This document shows, in pieces, positions 10,951-23,800 of a stretch of 64,000 bases of DNA; positions within the stretch are counted from its first letter, which is position 1; the number at the start of each line of letters is the position of its first letter. Origin of the DNA: Marsupella aquatica (lineage: Eukaryota; Plantae; Marchantiophyta); assembly GCA_973895155.1 (NCBI GenBank), contig OZ316893.1, positions 3,516,490-3,580,489 of the forward strand, read 5' to 3'. The notes below the pieces were generated by a model, which was not told the origin of the DNA, did no database searches, and was given only the letters and a program-made list of their open reading frames with translations. A program made the position numbers and the translations under genes.

Positions 10951-11929
10951 AACCGATGAACCGAAGGATCTTAGTATTGTCGACTAGTATTATTATCGCC
11001 CGTAGTTTTTGCGATAATTTTATCGGATTGCGCATTGCTGTTGAAAGAATGGCATGTTGACTATGGTCACTTGCGGAGGTAACTGGTCAATTGCGGAGGT
11101 AACTGCAAGGTAAATTTGATGAACCGTGCAGTAATTCTTATCGACTGTGATGTAAAATATTTTTGGTAAATATCCAAAACTGAGAAACCTGAGATTGGGT
11201 CGGAGTTTTCGTGGCTCAAATCCGGAGTCCGATACAGTTATCACACTTGGCTCAAAACGTGGATATGGATTTATAGATAAGACCTTTCATATATCTTTGG
11301 AGAGCGTGAATATGAGGTCGAGGAGAAAGTTTTTCGGATCTAATTGTTCCTTGATAATATGAATGTTTGTTAGCATGAATTTCATTGGTTTTGATCATTA
11401 TTAAATTTGCTGTTTCAATCCGAACTCCGATACGAATTACATTATTTCCCCAAAAACGCGTTTTTGATGAAAAAAACTGTTGATTTCGCGAGATTCGGCG
11501 GAAAATAAAAATACACTTCTCGTTTAGAGGAAATAGTTCTCGTTCGGTCCGAAATCGTGTTGCGGATCTCTTAACCAAATTGTTGACACCTGCTATTCAT
11601 CAACGACATTGCGGCCATGCAGTTGGAATTTGGAGCTTACAACGATTGATGTCTGCAACGTGATCCACACTTTTGATATTGTCGCAGCTACTGCTTTCTT
11701 TTGACAATGTCTTTTTGGAGACGATTGTTATCATAGTTGCTCATAATTACTCATATACATTAGACAAGGAGGATTACAATAATGATACTCTTTTTCCTTT
11801 AGAACCAGATTTTAAAAAATAAAATTCTCTACTACCTTGATGGAGTTGTTTTTATAAAAGAGTTGCTAAAGGTTTTAACGAGACAGTCATCCTCACTTGT
11901 ACATATATATCATGTATCTCTTATAAACA

Positions 11930-12208
11930 TGATCATGTATCAAAACTAGACATATAGAGTTAGTTGCCTACATAGCTTTCACTCTATAGCCAAGGGGGAG
12001 TGTTAATTATAACCCATATGTCTAGAACTTGACCCTAGTTAGTTTACCCTAACCAGAACTGTAATACATCTCGTTTACCTATATATATACCTATCAGCGG
12101 AACTCCAAACTGCTTGGTCATTCATTCTATCCATCATTCTATGACATTCTAATCTTGGTTGTGGAGTTCTCAAAATAATTTCACATATATATTTTTCTTT
12201 TGTCAACA
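11930..12208 (+). mobile_element. Degenerate Ty1/copia 3' end: RNase H remnant, PPT and short LTR
   Basis: An xTRHIEL reading near 11940-11962 resembles RTKHIDI. AAGGGGGAG PPT is directly followed by TGTT (12001), and the segment ends in TCAACA (12208). Confidence 0.45.
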
Positions 12209-13605
12209 TTCTGGTAGTTGTTGGTGTCTAGTTGGATAGCTGAATGGTCAACTCTATGTTGTCCTAAGAATAAATGTAAGCTTTCAAGAACATGTCGAGT
12301 GTGACTGCTTATGCTAACTTTCCTATTTATCACTTTGTAAGAATCTCATGCTTAAAGAACCAATTTCCTTGAGAGCCTTCTCTACTCCCGGCCATTTCTC
12401 AAGTTCTTTGGGTTTGCCTTGTGCCTCTTACGGATTTCTTTAGATAAATTGGGTGAGAGTGGACCTCCCACCACGTGCCCATCCAAACTTGTTTCTCAGC
12501 CTCGTTCTCAACCTTGAAACAAGTGGAACCTTGCACTAACGTGGAATGTTGGGGCAAGTTCTCTTCAACTACACTCCACCCCGCACTCCACTCCCATATA
12601 AAGTCAAATTTGCCCTCGTCAGCACGACCGTCGCTCAACAATCTTTACTATTTGCGCAAGCAACCAACCAATTGGCAAGTAACCTGTCTGGATCTCAAAA
12701 CTCTCAAGACTATTGTCTTGCATCAAGCTCAACAGTTCTTAGTAAATAGGTCAATGGATAGAGTCTTCCAAGCCCGCATGACCTTGCCATAAGCAAAAAC
12801 TTCTTAGGGTCAATATCAACGTTTGTTCAAAACAGTATATCTATAGGATGCCGTCTAAGCTTTCCCATTTTCTACCCATCCATGGCTAACCGCCTTGCGT
12901 CCAGGATATGCCCATGGTCCCTCGGGGGTTTCACTACATGGAGGCCTCCCCATCACTTGCAATGTTTTTAGGCCTCATAAGATTACAAGCACCTCATTAT
13001 TTAAGATCCTTTTTTCTGTCAAATTGAAGGTCTTAATATTTTGTGCGAGCCAAATACTCCACAATACTTGATAAAACACAAAAGACTAGAGGATATACAA
13101 TGGTATTTTTCCCAAAGGCAAAGCTAGAACAATCCCATCAACTCCAGTTCCCTAGCGCTATCGTCAGGAAATTATGATATGGTATAATAGTTTGATTTTG
13201 TGTGAAAATTATTATTAATCTTAGGGAAGTCACTTCCCCAAAAGTGACACATCATGTGCAACAAAGTATAGACCCATTTAAATGGGTGTGGCAAAAGACT
13301 TCCAAAGTTTTGTGGAAAAATACAAAGGGCATGTTTTATTGACTAGCCAACTTTAAAGAACACATAGGCTTATCTATTATAAAATATATATTCTTAAATT
13401 TTTTGGGGGGTTTTTTAGTAAAAATAACAAAATTTTAAAAAAAACATGTTTGCAAAGAAATATTTTTACTTATAAGTTAGGGGGGTCAAACCCTAAAACG
13501 TTGCATGCGATGTATGGCCCTCCATATAGTGACCCCCAAGTTATTCATATTTTCTAAAGATACCTAGAAAGCTTACTAGGCAATGAGGTAACTTTTGAAT
13601 AAAGT

Positions 13606-13808
13606 CCCAGGGCCCTCACTCCATGTAAAAGAAGTGGAACCCTTGCAATGGGGCCCTTTTTGTGTTTACCCATTGTTATTTCCATTTTACCATTAAAAGT
13701 TCCCTTATTACTAGTAATAATTATAAATATTAGTTCAAAATGAATAAAAACTACCCTTTGAGCTTTTGCACATCCTCCACGTATTAGTTAAGACTAAGGG
13801 CCCAAGGG
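13606..13808 (-). mobile_element. ~205-bp MITE (family A), copy 1
   Basis: TIR CCC(A/T)GGGCCCT, flanked by 8-bp TSD AATAAAGT (13598-13605 and 13809-13816). Homologous to 14676-14879 and 25963-26164. Confidence 0.85.
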
Positions 13809-14115
13809 AATAAAGTATGTTAGAATGAAACCTGAGCAAATTCATAATATGGCGTGATAGGAAGGAATTTGAGAAGGTTCCCAATATGGTGTGCTAGAAA
13901 TGAACTACTTTTGGCCAACTTCTTAGAGAAGTTGTGTTTTATAGAGTATAAATAAGAGGGAGGCCCACAAGGGTCGGGACAAGGGTAATCCAATCTTTGT
14001 AGTTTTGGATATGCCCGGTTCAAGAGGAGTAGGAAAACATTACCAAGTGAGCCGACTCAAGAAATTTGCAGAGGATTTGAATCCAAATGGGCAACAAGTC
14101 TTCTGACCCAATATC

Positions 14116-14322
14116 TTGCTTGATGATGTGGAGGAGTACATTGTAGAGACTATTCTTGATCACCAATACAAATGTCGGATTGAAAAGCCAATGCTTGAAT
14201 ATTTGGTTAATAGTCTGGATAACACCAAATGGAAAGCACATGGGAGCCTGAAGATAATCTCAAGTTACGCAATCCCAAAATCCTTGCAAGCTATCGTAAG
14301 TGGAGAGGCCTTATTGAAGTAG
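14116..14322 (+). pseudogene. Chromodomain remnant of chromovirus (Ty3/gypsy) integrase
   Basis: DDVEEYIVETILDH...LEYLV matches the chromodomain consensus EYEVEKILD...EYLVKW. Confidence 0.6.
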
Positions 14323-14675
14323 GACAATTGCAATCACCTAAGCAAGTTGTATCCTTCTGCACTCAAATAGGAAGAAGGTTTTTCCAATAGTGGCGCCAAA
14401 AACAGGACCACACCTATGTCACCTACTTATCAAACGAGTTACACGACAAATGTACATATGTTTCTTCTACTAAACTTATTTGTGTTGTATTTATGGGAAC
14501 GTGGAGGGACGTTATTTAGATTGTTCACACACAAAAATGAGTATATTGGTTTCCGCTCCTGAACATCTATTTTTTGATCAAGTCTACCAACTGGGCATGT
14601 TCCCCATTTTTTATCAATACAGTAGACCAGACTACTCATGCTTCTCCTCAATGGCCTTTGGCAGAGTGCTGTCAC

Positions 14676-14879
14676 CCCTGGGCCCTCAGTCTTAACTAAC
14701 ACATGGAGGACGTCCGAACGCTCGAAGGATAGTTTTTATTCATTTTGAACTAATAATTATAATTATTACTGGTAATAAGGGAACTCTTAATGGTAAAATG
14801 GAAATAATAAGGGGTAAACATGAAAAGGGCCCGATCGCAGGGGGGTCCACTTATTTTACATAGAGTGAGGGCCCAAGGG
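14676..14879 (+). mobile_element. ~205-bp MITE (family A), copy 2
   Basis: Same TIRs and body as copy 1, in opposite orientation. Flanked by a (G)CTGTCAC(C) duplication. Confidence 0.85.
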
Positions 14880-16228
14880 CTGTCACCACTCTCACTCACA
14901 TTGTTAGGGTCGATTGAACCGTGCAAGTATCTTTTAAATAATCATTCTAGGGAAGAACACAATTGCAAAAAGAAAGAGAGACAACACCACACCAAAAGTA
15001 GTGAAACAACCAAATCCATGTCTCTTGGTGGCTAGCGTAACACATTGCATGGGCAACCCAACCGTCTACCCAACTCTTGTCTCAAGGGACAATGCGCACC
15101 TCTCCACCTCACTACTTTGGATTCATTCTCTATACTCACGTAATGCTAATCTTCCAACATACACTTGACTGAGTTCCCCCCCTTCACCTACTGAGGGCTA
15201 CCCTTAAATACCAAGAAACCACACCAAAGCACACAAGCCCTACAAGGGTGTGGCAGCCATGCCCTGGCTGGCCGCTACCCCCTATCAGCGCTACTAACCT
15301 AAACCTTTCAAACACATGCGACAAACACATGTGTCACGTCGTCAGCATAGGCCTTAACCCGGGCTTCGGCTTAGACAGGCACATCCTTCGTCAAAATGAG
15401 GGTTCGGGCAAGGAGGGAGGCATGGAATGCACCTAACTCACGTAAACTAGTGCTAAGTGCGCCTATTGTCATATACGAACACCTCCTAGGTATGGTTTGT
15501 GTTCCGCTGCCGGAACGTACCTTAGTCGATAGCAGGATCAACCCCGGCTTACGGGCTTCTAAGCCTTTGTGTTGTTTGCCTTTGATCCGGATTCGATGAT
15601 ATGGGTACTCAACCCGGGCTCGCAACCACTTACCTGCAAGTTGCACCCCGTGCACGACTTGGGTAGTGCGTTTGGCCAAGCGTTGGCACCTATACACGAG
15701 ATTCACACATATACATATGCACAAGCATACAATCTCAATTTACACGAAGGAAATAATGGGAAAGGATTTTACTACATAGGAGACATATGCGTACACTTAG
15801 TTGACCCAAAAGCTCTTGAATGAACAGGTCCAAGGCCGAGGGTGTACACTAGTACAATGGAGCCCGGCTTTGCACTCGCCCAGCGAGCTTAGTCCTACGC
15901 CCTCCCCTTGGTACTCTTTCACTCCCAGAGGTCGGGACTCCCCGCACATACCGCGGATGTCCAACACTAAGACTAAAGCCCCCCCGGCCCTCTACCAAGG
16001 GGTGTAATAAATACTAAGAGCCGAGGACCGGAGTGCTCTCGTGCCCAAAGATTCGCTAACTAAGATCCTAACTAAATTGGCTATCAGGCCGGAAAACGGC
16101 TTGTCTTATTAGAAGATCCTAATCTACGCAGGCTGGATAGCATGGCTGTGCTGCTTTAACTACGGCAGGTGCTTGTCCCTATAGCCTGATTTAGCTATTC
16201 CTAACTCTATTTTAATCCTACTCCGCCG

Positions 16229-18270
16229 CTAATGCCTGGCACGCTTGCCAGAGCCGCCTGAGTGGGAGCGGCTATCCCGCTGCCTTCTGAGTCTGTTGGT
16301 GTCCTGCTTGAGTAGCTGGACCTGGTCCAGCAGAGATTCGTTCTCCCGCTTCACCACATCCACCTCTTTCGCGGCCTCCTGGCATGCCTCCTCCAGTTGG
16401 TGGGTGTCGCTCGTTAGCTTATCCACCAACTAGGCCTATTTCATGGCTTCTCCTTGAAGCCATGCCACCTCTGTCTTTAGGGTGTCAATCTCGGCTGTGT
16501 CCCGTTGAGACCTAGAGTCAGCTTCCTCCAGATCTTTTTGCCAACTGACGGCTTGTCCCTTCAAACCGTCAATCTTGGTCCGGAGCCGTGCGATCTCGAC
16601 GTCCTTTCCGAGCCCGGCCTGTTCTGCTAAAGCTGCTTGGGCCCTAGCCTCGGCAACCTAGTCCTCCGTGGCCGTTACCTGAGGCCGCAGTTGCTAGAGT
16701 TCAACCTCCAGGGTTGCCACTTTGTCCTTCAGGTAGGCAAACTCAACCCGGTATCACTCTATTCTCTGCGCTGTCTGTGCCTGCGCATGTCTTGCCCTTA
16801 CAGCCGCAACCAACTCCTGGTTGAAGAAGTAGGCCATCCACCGGGCCATGTATTCCCCGGTGTCCCGAGAGATCTGTTGAGAGAAATCTCCCAACAACCC
16901 ATTCAGAAATGTGCCCGGCGCAAAGAGTTCCAGATGGTCTAGACTGTGTCCATCTGGATTCGGGCACGGGTAGACTCCAACCCGTGCGGGAGTAGGACTG
17001 GACACATCCAGCCCTTGAGGTAAGTTGGTCGAAGGGGCTGGTTCCACTGGAGGTGGGCGGTTCTCCTGCACAACCGCAGGGGGTGGCGGAATCTCCTCGG
17101 CTACCGTGGCATCTGCTTCAGGTATGGCTTTGTCCGGACCGGCTTTGATTGCATTGTCCCGATTGATCGCGTCTAAGGTTGAAATAACGTCTATGGGTAT
17201 GCTTGGCGGGGCGGCAGCGGCGGGTTGCGGGGCCGGGGTAGCAGGGCTTGCAGCTGCCAGACTTCGGGCCTTGGGCTGTGGTCGCCTCACCTAGGCTGGG
17301 AACACCCATTTTGATGGGGTCAGCTCGGGCTCGTTGATACGTGGGAGGCTGCGGCGGTCGAGACGAGCGTACCACTCGATGATGATTTTGATGTGGCTAG
17401 CGAAGTACGCCTTTCCGCCAAGGTACAAAGTCTTTCTTCTCCGCTCCATCTCCTCGTGGAACTTCTTGATGAAGAAGGACGCCCACTTCCTGGGCCGATA
17501 GTTCTCCACCTGGATGACCTGGGCGGCCGATATTTTGCCTATGGGTTCCATCATGTGGAGGGCATACCGCTGGAACTCCAAGCGTTCTGCCACTTCTGGT
17601 ATGAGGCACGTTCTCATTAAGAATCCATTGTCCACTGCTTCCTCAGTCGGGAAGCTAGAAGACTGGTATTTAGCTCCCTTGCCCCCAGGAGCTCGCAACT
17701 CTACCCGGTTTATCCCCTCGGGTAGGCCAAAAATCATCTTCAAATGTGCCTCATTGAGACACATCAATCTCTCATGCGCTCGGTTTGTTGACGGGCCTCG
17801 TTGAAGTTCTGAATGAACTCTGTCATATCCTGCCCATAGTACCTGCTTTCGTTCCAAGGGAGAGAGGCGAGGTGCTCAAACCCTTGGGTCTTCAGATAGC
17901 ATGCATGCTTGGGGTGGAGGATGTTCTTGTGAACATTGTCCCCCATGCGATGCATGGTCAGCTTGGCTACCGCAACCGTGGCCAAAGGCAACCCGGATAC
18001 GGCTGCGGGTTCCTTCCTCTTCCTACCCCGAGACTGATTCCCGGGGTGACTAGAAGAAGGAGACATCTCTCCTTCCTCTCGGTCAGGTGGTGGTAGCACT
18101 ACTGCCGTGAGTATTGGTGTCAAGGCTGCTAGAGTTACCGTGTTATCCCCTCGGGCTTGCTGGAGTGATGCTGGGTTGTTCGGCGCTTGTTGAGTTGTAC
18201 CCCGCGGCCGTCGATTCAAAGGAGGATGAGCCTCCTTGTCTTTGAAGCTAATATTCACCGCATTCACCAC
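16229..18270 (-). pseudogene. Retrotransposon-type accessory ORF (plant-mobile-domain-like region, Pro/Ala-rich linker, coiled coil), decayed
   Basis: ORF pieces 18270-17764, 17857-17291, 17290-16754 and 16429-16229 are joined by one frameshift (~17780) and in-frame stops. Motifs HLKMIFGLPEG and KWASFFIKKFHEEM resemble Tat/Athila-type extra ORFs; the C-terminus is heptad-rich. Confidence 0.55.
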
Positions 18271-20838
18271 GGATCATACTCGGAGAGGTGGTGGGACCGG
18301 TGGCGGGGACCGGCTTGGTTGAGGCCGAGGAGGTGTAGGTGCGGGTACAGGCACGGGTTGGCTGGCACTGGTTGTTGATGGTAGAGTTTCCATGAAGTTC
18401 TGCAGGTGCCGGTGGAGGTTTTTCGAAGCAAGTGTAGATGGCCCTGTCGACCGGGTAGTGTTGAACTCGCTATTGATGATAGCCCGGACCCGAGTGGGGA
18501 TGTGGTCAAAGTGGTGCCATTGCAAGTCGATCGTGCCCGGGATATTGAAGACCTTGTCCGGAAGCCAAAGCAATGCCTCCCAGAAGCCGATGTATTTTCC
18601 TCCGTCAAAGAAGTACCCTGATATTTCTTTGGGTCGGTAAAGCTCGCTCTGGGACGGGTAATCAAAGTTAAGGAGATAGTGGTGTTGTCTTGCTAGGCGG
18701 ATGGCTCTCTCGTACTCGCATTCAATTTTGTATCATCGCGGGTTGGCGTGTTTTAATGAGTTGACCAAGTGCCCTTTGATAGACAGGAACTGCGTCCAGA
18801 ATTGTATGGCCAAACTGGACAGGATTGTGTGCGACATTCAGAGGAGATAGACGGCGACTAAGGCTGAGTGAGAGAACTGGGGTCGAAGCTGGCGCATGAA
18901 CTGAAGAACTGGTGCCCTGCCAGATCGGCCCCCGTTTTATACTCCTGAGAGCTCGTCGGTCGCCCGACGCCTCCTCGTCACTTATAGGCCAAGCCTTTCA
19001 CGCTTGCAGTGTACAGGACAATCCGCCAGTCCGGGTCAACGTGTGTCAGTGGCCGCCTCCCTGAGTTTGTTATACGGACCCGAGGAAGGGGCCCATTACA
19101 CGCTCGCAACCCGGGCGTGCAAATGGCGACCCGCCGCCGGGCCAAACACGGACGCCCCTTATTGACTAATGATTTCCTACTCATAATGGCTACCTAAATA
19201 CTATCGTTACACTAATAATTATGGCCTAAGATACCCCTAATGCGCGTGCTAAGCGTCATTAGGCCGAATCACTCATTACCCACCATACCGGCGGCGTCAC
19301 AACATGCAAGACTAACCCTATCCCTACCTAGATGCGGCCGATGGTGCCTTCGTTGGCCATCACTAATTCCTACTAACTCACCTTATCTACCTAACTAAAG
19401 AGTCAACCATGTTCACCGATCATCATCCTCCTGATTGCCACCGCCGTCATAAAAAGAATGGGCCCCAACAATTGTCAAAAATAAAATTTTCTCAGAATTC
19501 ACTTTTGAAAAATATCTGGGTAGCCTTGATCTTCCTGAACACAACCCTATAAACGGTGTATAAAACGGAGGTCAAACAACCGAGATATGATTGTTTACAT
19601 TTTTTAGTAATCGGGGCAACGTCTCCCTCCTCTCCATTTGTACAACACACAACCCCGACTTTGCAAAATAGGGATCCCCGTATGTGCTGCTACTTCCTCC
19701 CTCCCTAGAAAAGTTGGGACCTCCTACAGTATGGATGTCCGTACGACCTCAAACTTTTGTATTCTAAAAAGAAACGTGATCCATTATATCTCCTCCATCT
19801 TAGCTCCATTTTGGCCGTGTGACACGCCGGGGTGACACGTCATTGGATTCAGCTTGGCAAGCTCTTTCCAACAAGCCCATAAACTCCTGATTTTGAAATG
19901 GTCAAAAATTTGATGCTTGTACAACCAGGGTCTGTACACACGTTGCAAGCAAGCACAACAGGGAAAGGGTGGGAACCCCACAAGTGAGAAGCAAAAAAAA
20001 GGGAAGGAAGAAAGTGTGGGGACCCCTTCTATGGTGTGGGGAAGGGGAAATGTGGGAGCCCCACAAAGTGTGAAGGGAAGGAAAGCAAAAGAATGTGAGA
20101 ACCACACAAACAATGAAAGAGGAAAGGGGGACACAAATGTGGGAACCCCTTCCTTCTTAAGGCCCTCCACAATCACTACTCCTAGATTGCCTAGTTTTGT
20201 CATTTTACAGACATTGAGTTTTGTCAAGATGTCGTTGTTTGATACAGACCTTAACTCAACTAGGGAACCCCAGTTTTGCAATGGGGCTCATTGAGGGCTT
20301 CAAATTGAATCCAAACGTGACCATGTTTGGAAGAGTACTATGCAGCAACATCTGGTTTAAGTTTCAACATTTTCTATATTTTGGTCATTCTTCCCGTTTT
20401 GCTCCTTATGTGGAGCCTCCGGCCAGCTCCCACCCATCCGAGATGCCCACACCTTGGCCTCCAAGTCCTCGGGCTACCTTTTGGCCTCCATGTACCCCCT
20501 CAATGGCTCCATTGTCATCCATCATCGCCAGACACCCCTCTCAACTCCGGCCTCCGGTTATTGAATTAATTTATTAGAACTAACAAAAATTAATTAAAAA
20601 TTTGAAAATCCAAACACGTTTGCTATATTTACTTGTCTTTCTATTTATATACACAATTATAAGTCATCACTAAGTTACTACCGGGTTTGGGGCCCTGTCA
20701 TAGCTGTCCTTGGAGCTATCACACCATTATGAGTGCTATTAGAGTGCTATTAGAGTATATTAAATTTAGAGTTTTTATATATGTGCTACTTGAGCACTTT
20801 ACCTAGGGTTAAGTATCTATGATTGGAGGGATATTTAT

Positions 20839-23800
20839 GAGGTTTTTCCCCGTGACAGGAAACAGTAAACAGGAATTATCATAACAGTAAAAATGGTCAA
20901 AGATAACAGGAGTTTTGTGCGCAATGCCGAAAGAAAATTCCCACTTTAGGGACCAAAATTACACTACAATTTGAACTGAGCAACTGTAATATATGTAACA
21001 GATACAATTATTATAGACATAAATCTTTACTAGCGCCAAAGATTTTCTACACATGAAGGCTCAAAACTATCGTGCACGACGTCAAAACTATATAAAGATT
21101 ATAACACAAAAGTTTATTCCCCTTTAGACACCCTAATTATCATGCTCAAACTAACTTAAATTATATTGAATCGTACTTTGATTTGGACGTCTAGTAGTGA
21201 CAAACTATCGATAAAAGAGCACATCATATCAAGGGTTCCATGCATCTTCCAAAGTACTACCTAGAAGATTGTAAATGTGTGGATTGATCAAAGGTTAACA
21301 TCCTCACGTAGAGTGATGTGAGCAAAAAGATATACTCTTGCTATCAAATGCAATACACTCTGGTCATTGAATGCTCTAACCAATGATGAAGAGTTTGACA
21401 TATTGTAAATTTTGATTGAACCGTCTTAGACCATTAGAGGATGCTATGTTCTTTTTTGCTAGTAACAAGGTCAGCAGCCGTGACATTGGATAATATTAGT
21501 GATAATATAGCCATTAAAACATTACAAATGATGATATAATATAGTAGCACCACAAACTACTATAATAAATTTGATAATTAGAGCCATTGCTTTTGACCAA
21601 AATTTATAGCAGCGCCTGGCGCTTATCAAAATATATCCTTTAGGCTATAGTCATTTTTGTTCATATTACCATAGTAGCACTCAATGCCAACAAAAAGTCC
21701 TCTTTGGTGAGGTCTCATTTACATAGATATTTCTTTATTACTTGCAAAATTACATGACCTTCTAAAATATCCTTTGGTGCATTTAACAACAATAGCAAAC
21801 ACAAGAGATAAAACGGTAATACTACTAGTGAAATAGGTGGTATATCAGTAAATAATTAAAGGTCACAGACTCAAAAAAATGTTTTTCTAGAGGGTTTGGG
21901 CCAAAGTCACATTACTAGCTTTTGGCGCTAGTAATGTTCCTTTGTTTTCTACATTTTTTGCGAAAAATTTCTCTTAAAAATTTCTCAAAATGGTTCTATT
22001 ATGGAGGGTCCAAGCAAGTGTGACATTACTAGCTCCCGGCGCTAGTAATGTTAATTTATTTTTATAGCCCAATTTTCAAAATTTGTTCTCATAAATATAC
22101 TCAATATGATGTTATTTTAAAGGGTCTAAGCGAGTGTGACATTACTAGCTCCCGGCGCTAGTAATGTTAATTTATTTTTATAGCCCAATTTTCAAAATTT
22201 GTTCTCATAAATATACTCAATATGATGTTATTTTAAAGGGTCTAAGCGAGTGTGACATTACTAGCTCCCAGCGCTAGTAATGTTAATTCATTTTTATAGC
22301 CCAATTTTCTAAAAAATTTCTCACAAATATACTCAATATGATGTTATTTTAAAGGGTCTAAGCGAGTGTGACATTACTAGCTCCCGACGCTAGTAATGTT
22401 AATTCATTTTTATAGCCCAATTTTCTAAATTTTTTCTCACAAATATACTCAATATGATGTTATTTTAAAGGGACTAAGCGAGTGTGACATTACTAGCTCC
22501 CGGCGCTAGTAATGTTAATTCATTTTTATAGCCTTTTTTGCTTAATTTTTTTTCATAAAGACACTAAAAATAGTGTCATTTTGGAGGATCCAAACTGGTG
22601 TGATATTACTAGCTCCCGGCGCTAGTAATGTTATTTCATTTTTATAGCCTTTTTTGCTTAATTTTTTCTCATAAAGACACTAAAAATAGTGTCATTTTGG
22701 AGGATCCAAACTGGTGTGATATTACTAGCTCCCGGCGCTAGTAATGTTATTTCATTTTTATAGCCTTTTTTGCTTAATTTTTTCTCATAAAGACACTAAA
22801 AATAGTGTCATTTTGGAGGATCCAAACTGGTGTGATATTACTAGCTCCTGGCGCTAGCAATATTCCTTCATTTTTATTACCTTTTTGCCTGTTGTTTTAT
22901 GTAACATGCTCAAAATACTCTCATTTTGGAGGGTCTAGGTGGGTGTGACATTACTAGCTCCCGGCGCTAGTAATGTTAATTCATTTTTATATCCTTTTTT
23001 GCTTAATTTTTACTCATAAAGACACTCAAAATAGTGTCATTTTGGAGGGTCTAGGTCGGTGTGACATTATTAGCTCCCGGCGCTAGTAATGTTAATTCAT
23101 TTTTATATCCTTTTTTGCTTAATTTTTACTCATAAAGACACTCAAAATAGTGTCATTTTGGAGGGTCTAGGTGGGTGTGACATTACTAGCTCCCGGCGCT
23201 AGTAATGTTAATTCATTTTTATATCCTTTTTTGCTTAATTTTTACTCATAAAGACACTCAAAATAGTGTCATTTTGGAGTGTCTTGGTGAGTTGAATATT
23301 ACTAGCTCTCGGTGCTAGTAACATTTTTAAATGTTTTATACTAATTTTAGCTCAATTTTTGTATAAAAATTCTTAAAATAATATCATTCTTAGAGGGGTC
23401 AAGCCAAGTAGGATATTACCAGCGCCCGACGCTAGTAACATTTGTATCTTTTTTATTAAATTTGTTGTATGGGTTTATGTTTATTATTTCTTGTAATTAA
23501 CTCTTCTGCCAAATTTTCTTTAAAAAATGATGGATGTTTTTACATATAAATGTGTCATTTGATGATAGCACCTATTACTTTTATCAATCAATACGTCAAA
23601 TAAATATGATTTATGATAGCGCCTAGTGCTATTATACATTTTGCACAAGATTTTAGGACTATTGAGATAGCAATTAGGTACTAAATTATGGATTATATCA
23701 TATAAATATATTCAATTTGTCTCAATTTCTTTTGCATCTGGAGCTATTATGGGATTTATTCCTAGATTTAATCCAATAGTTTAATCTTCATGACCTTTAA

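Larger units (their letters stand above)
1..11570 (-). mobile_element. Large cut-and-paste DNA transposon (Sola1-like/DUF7869-type DDE) with cargo genes; left end probably outside the window
   Basis: Contains a DDE transposase gene, a ParB-MTase gene and small ORFs. The CGATAAATTTATCG motif is confined to ~218-11140. The tentative right end is ...GGATCTC followed by TTAA at 11571-11574; the boundary is an inference. Confidence 0.7.

Noticed and set aside
21890-23445. CRISPR array (palindromic repeat with regular spacing)
   Set aside because: The inter-repeat segments are homologous to one another and ~87 bp long, there are no cas genes, and the context is eukaryotic; it is a tandem repeat.
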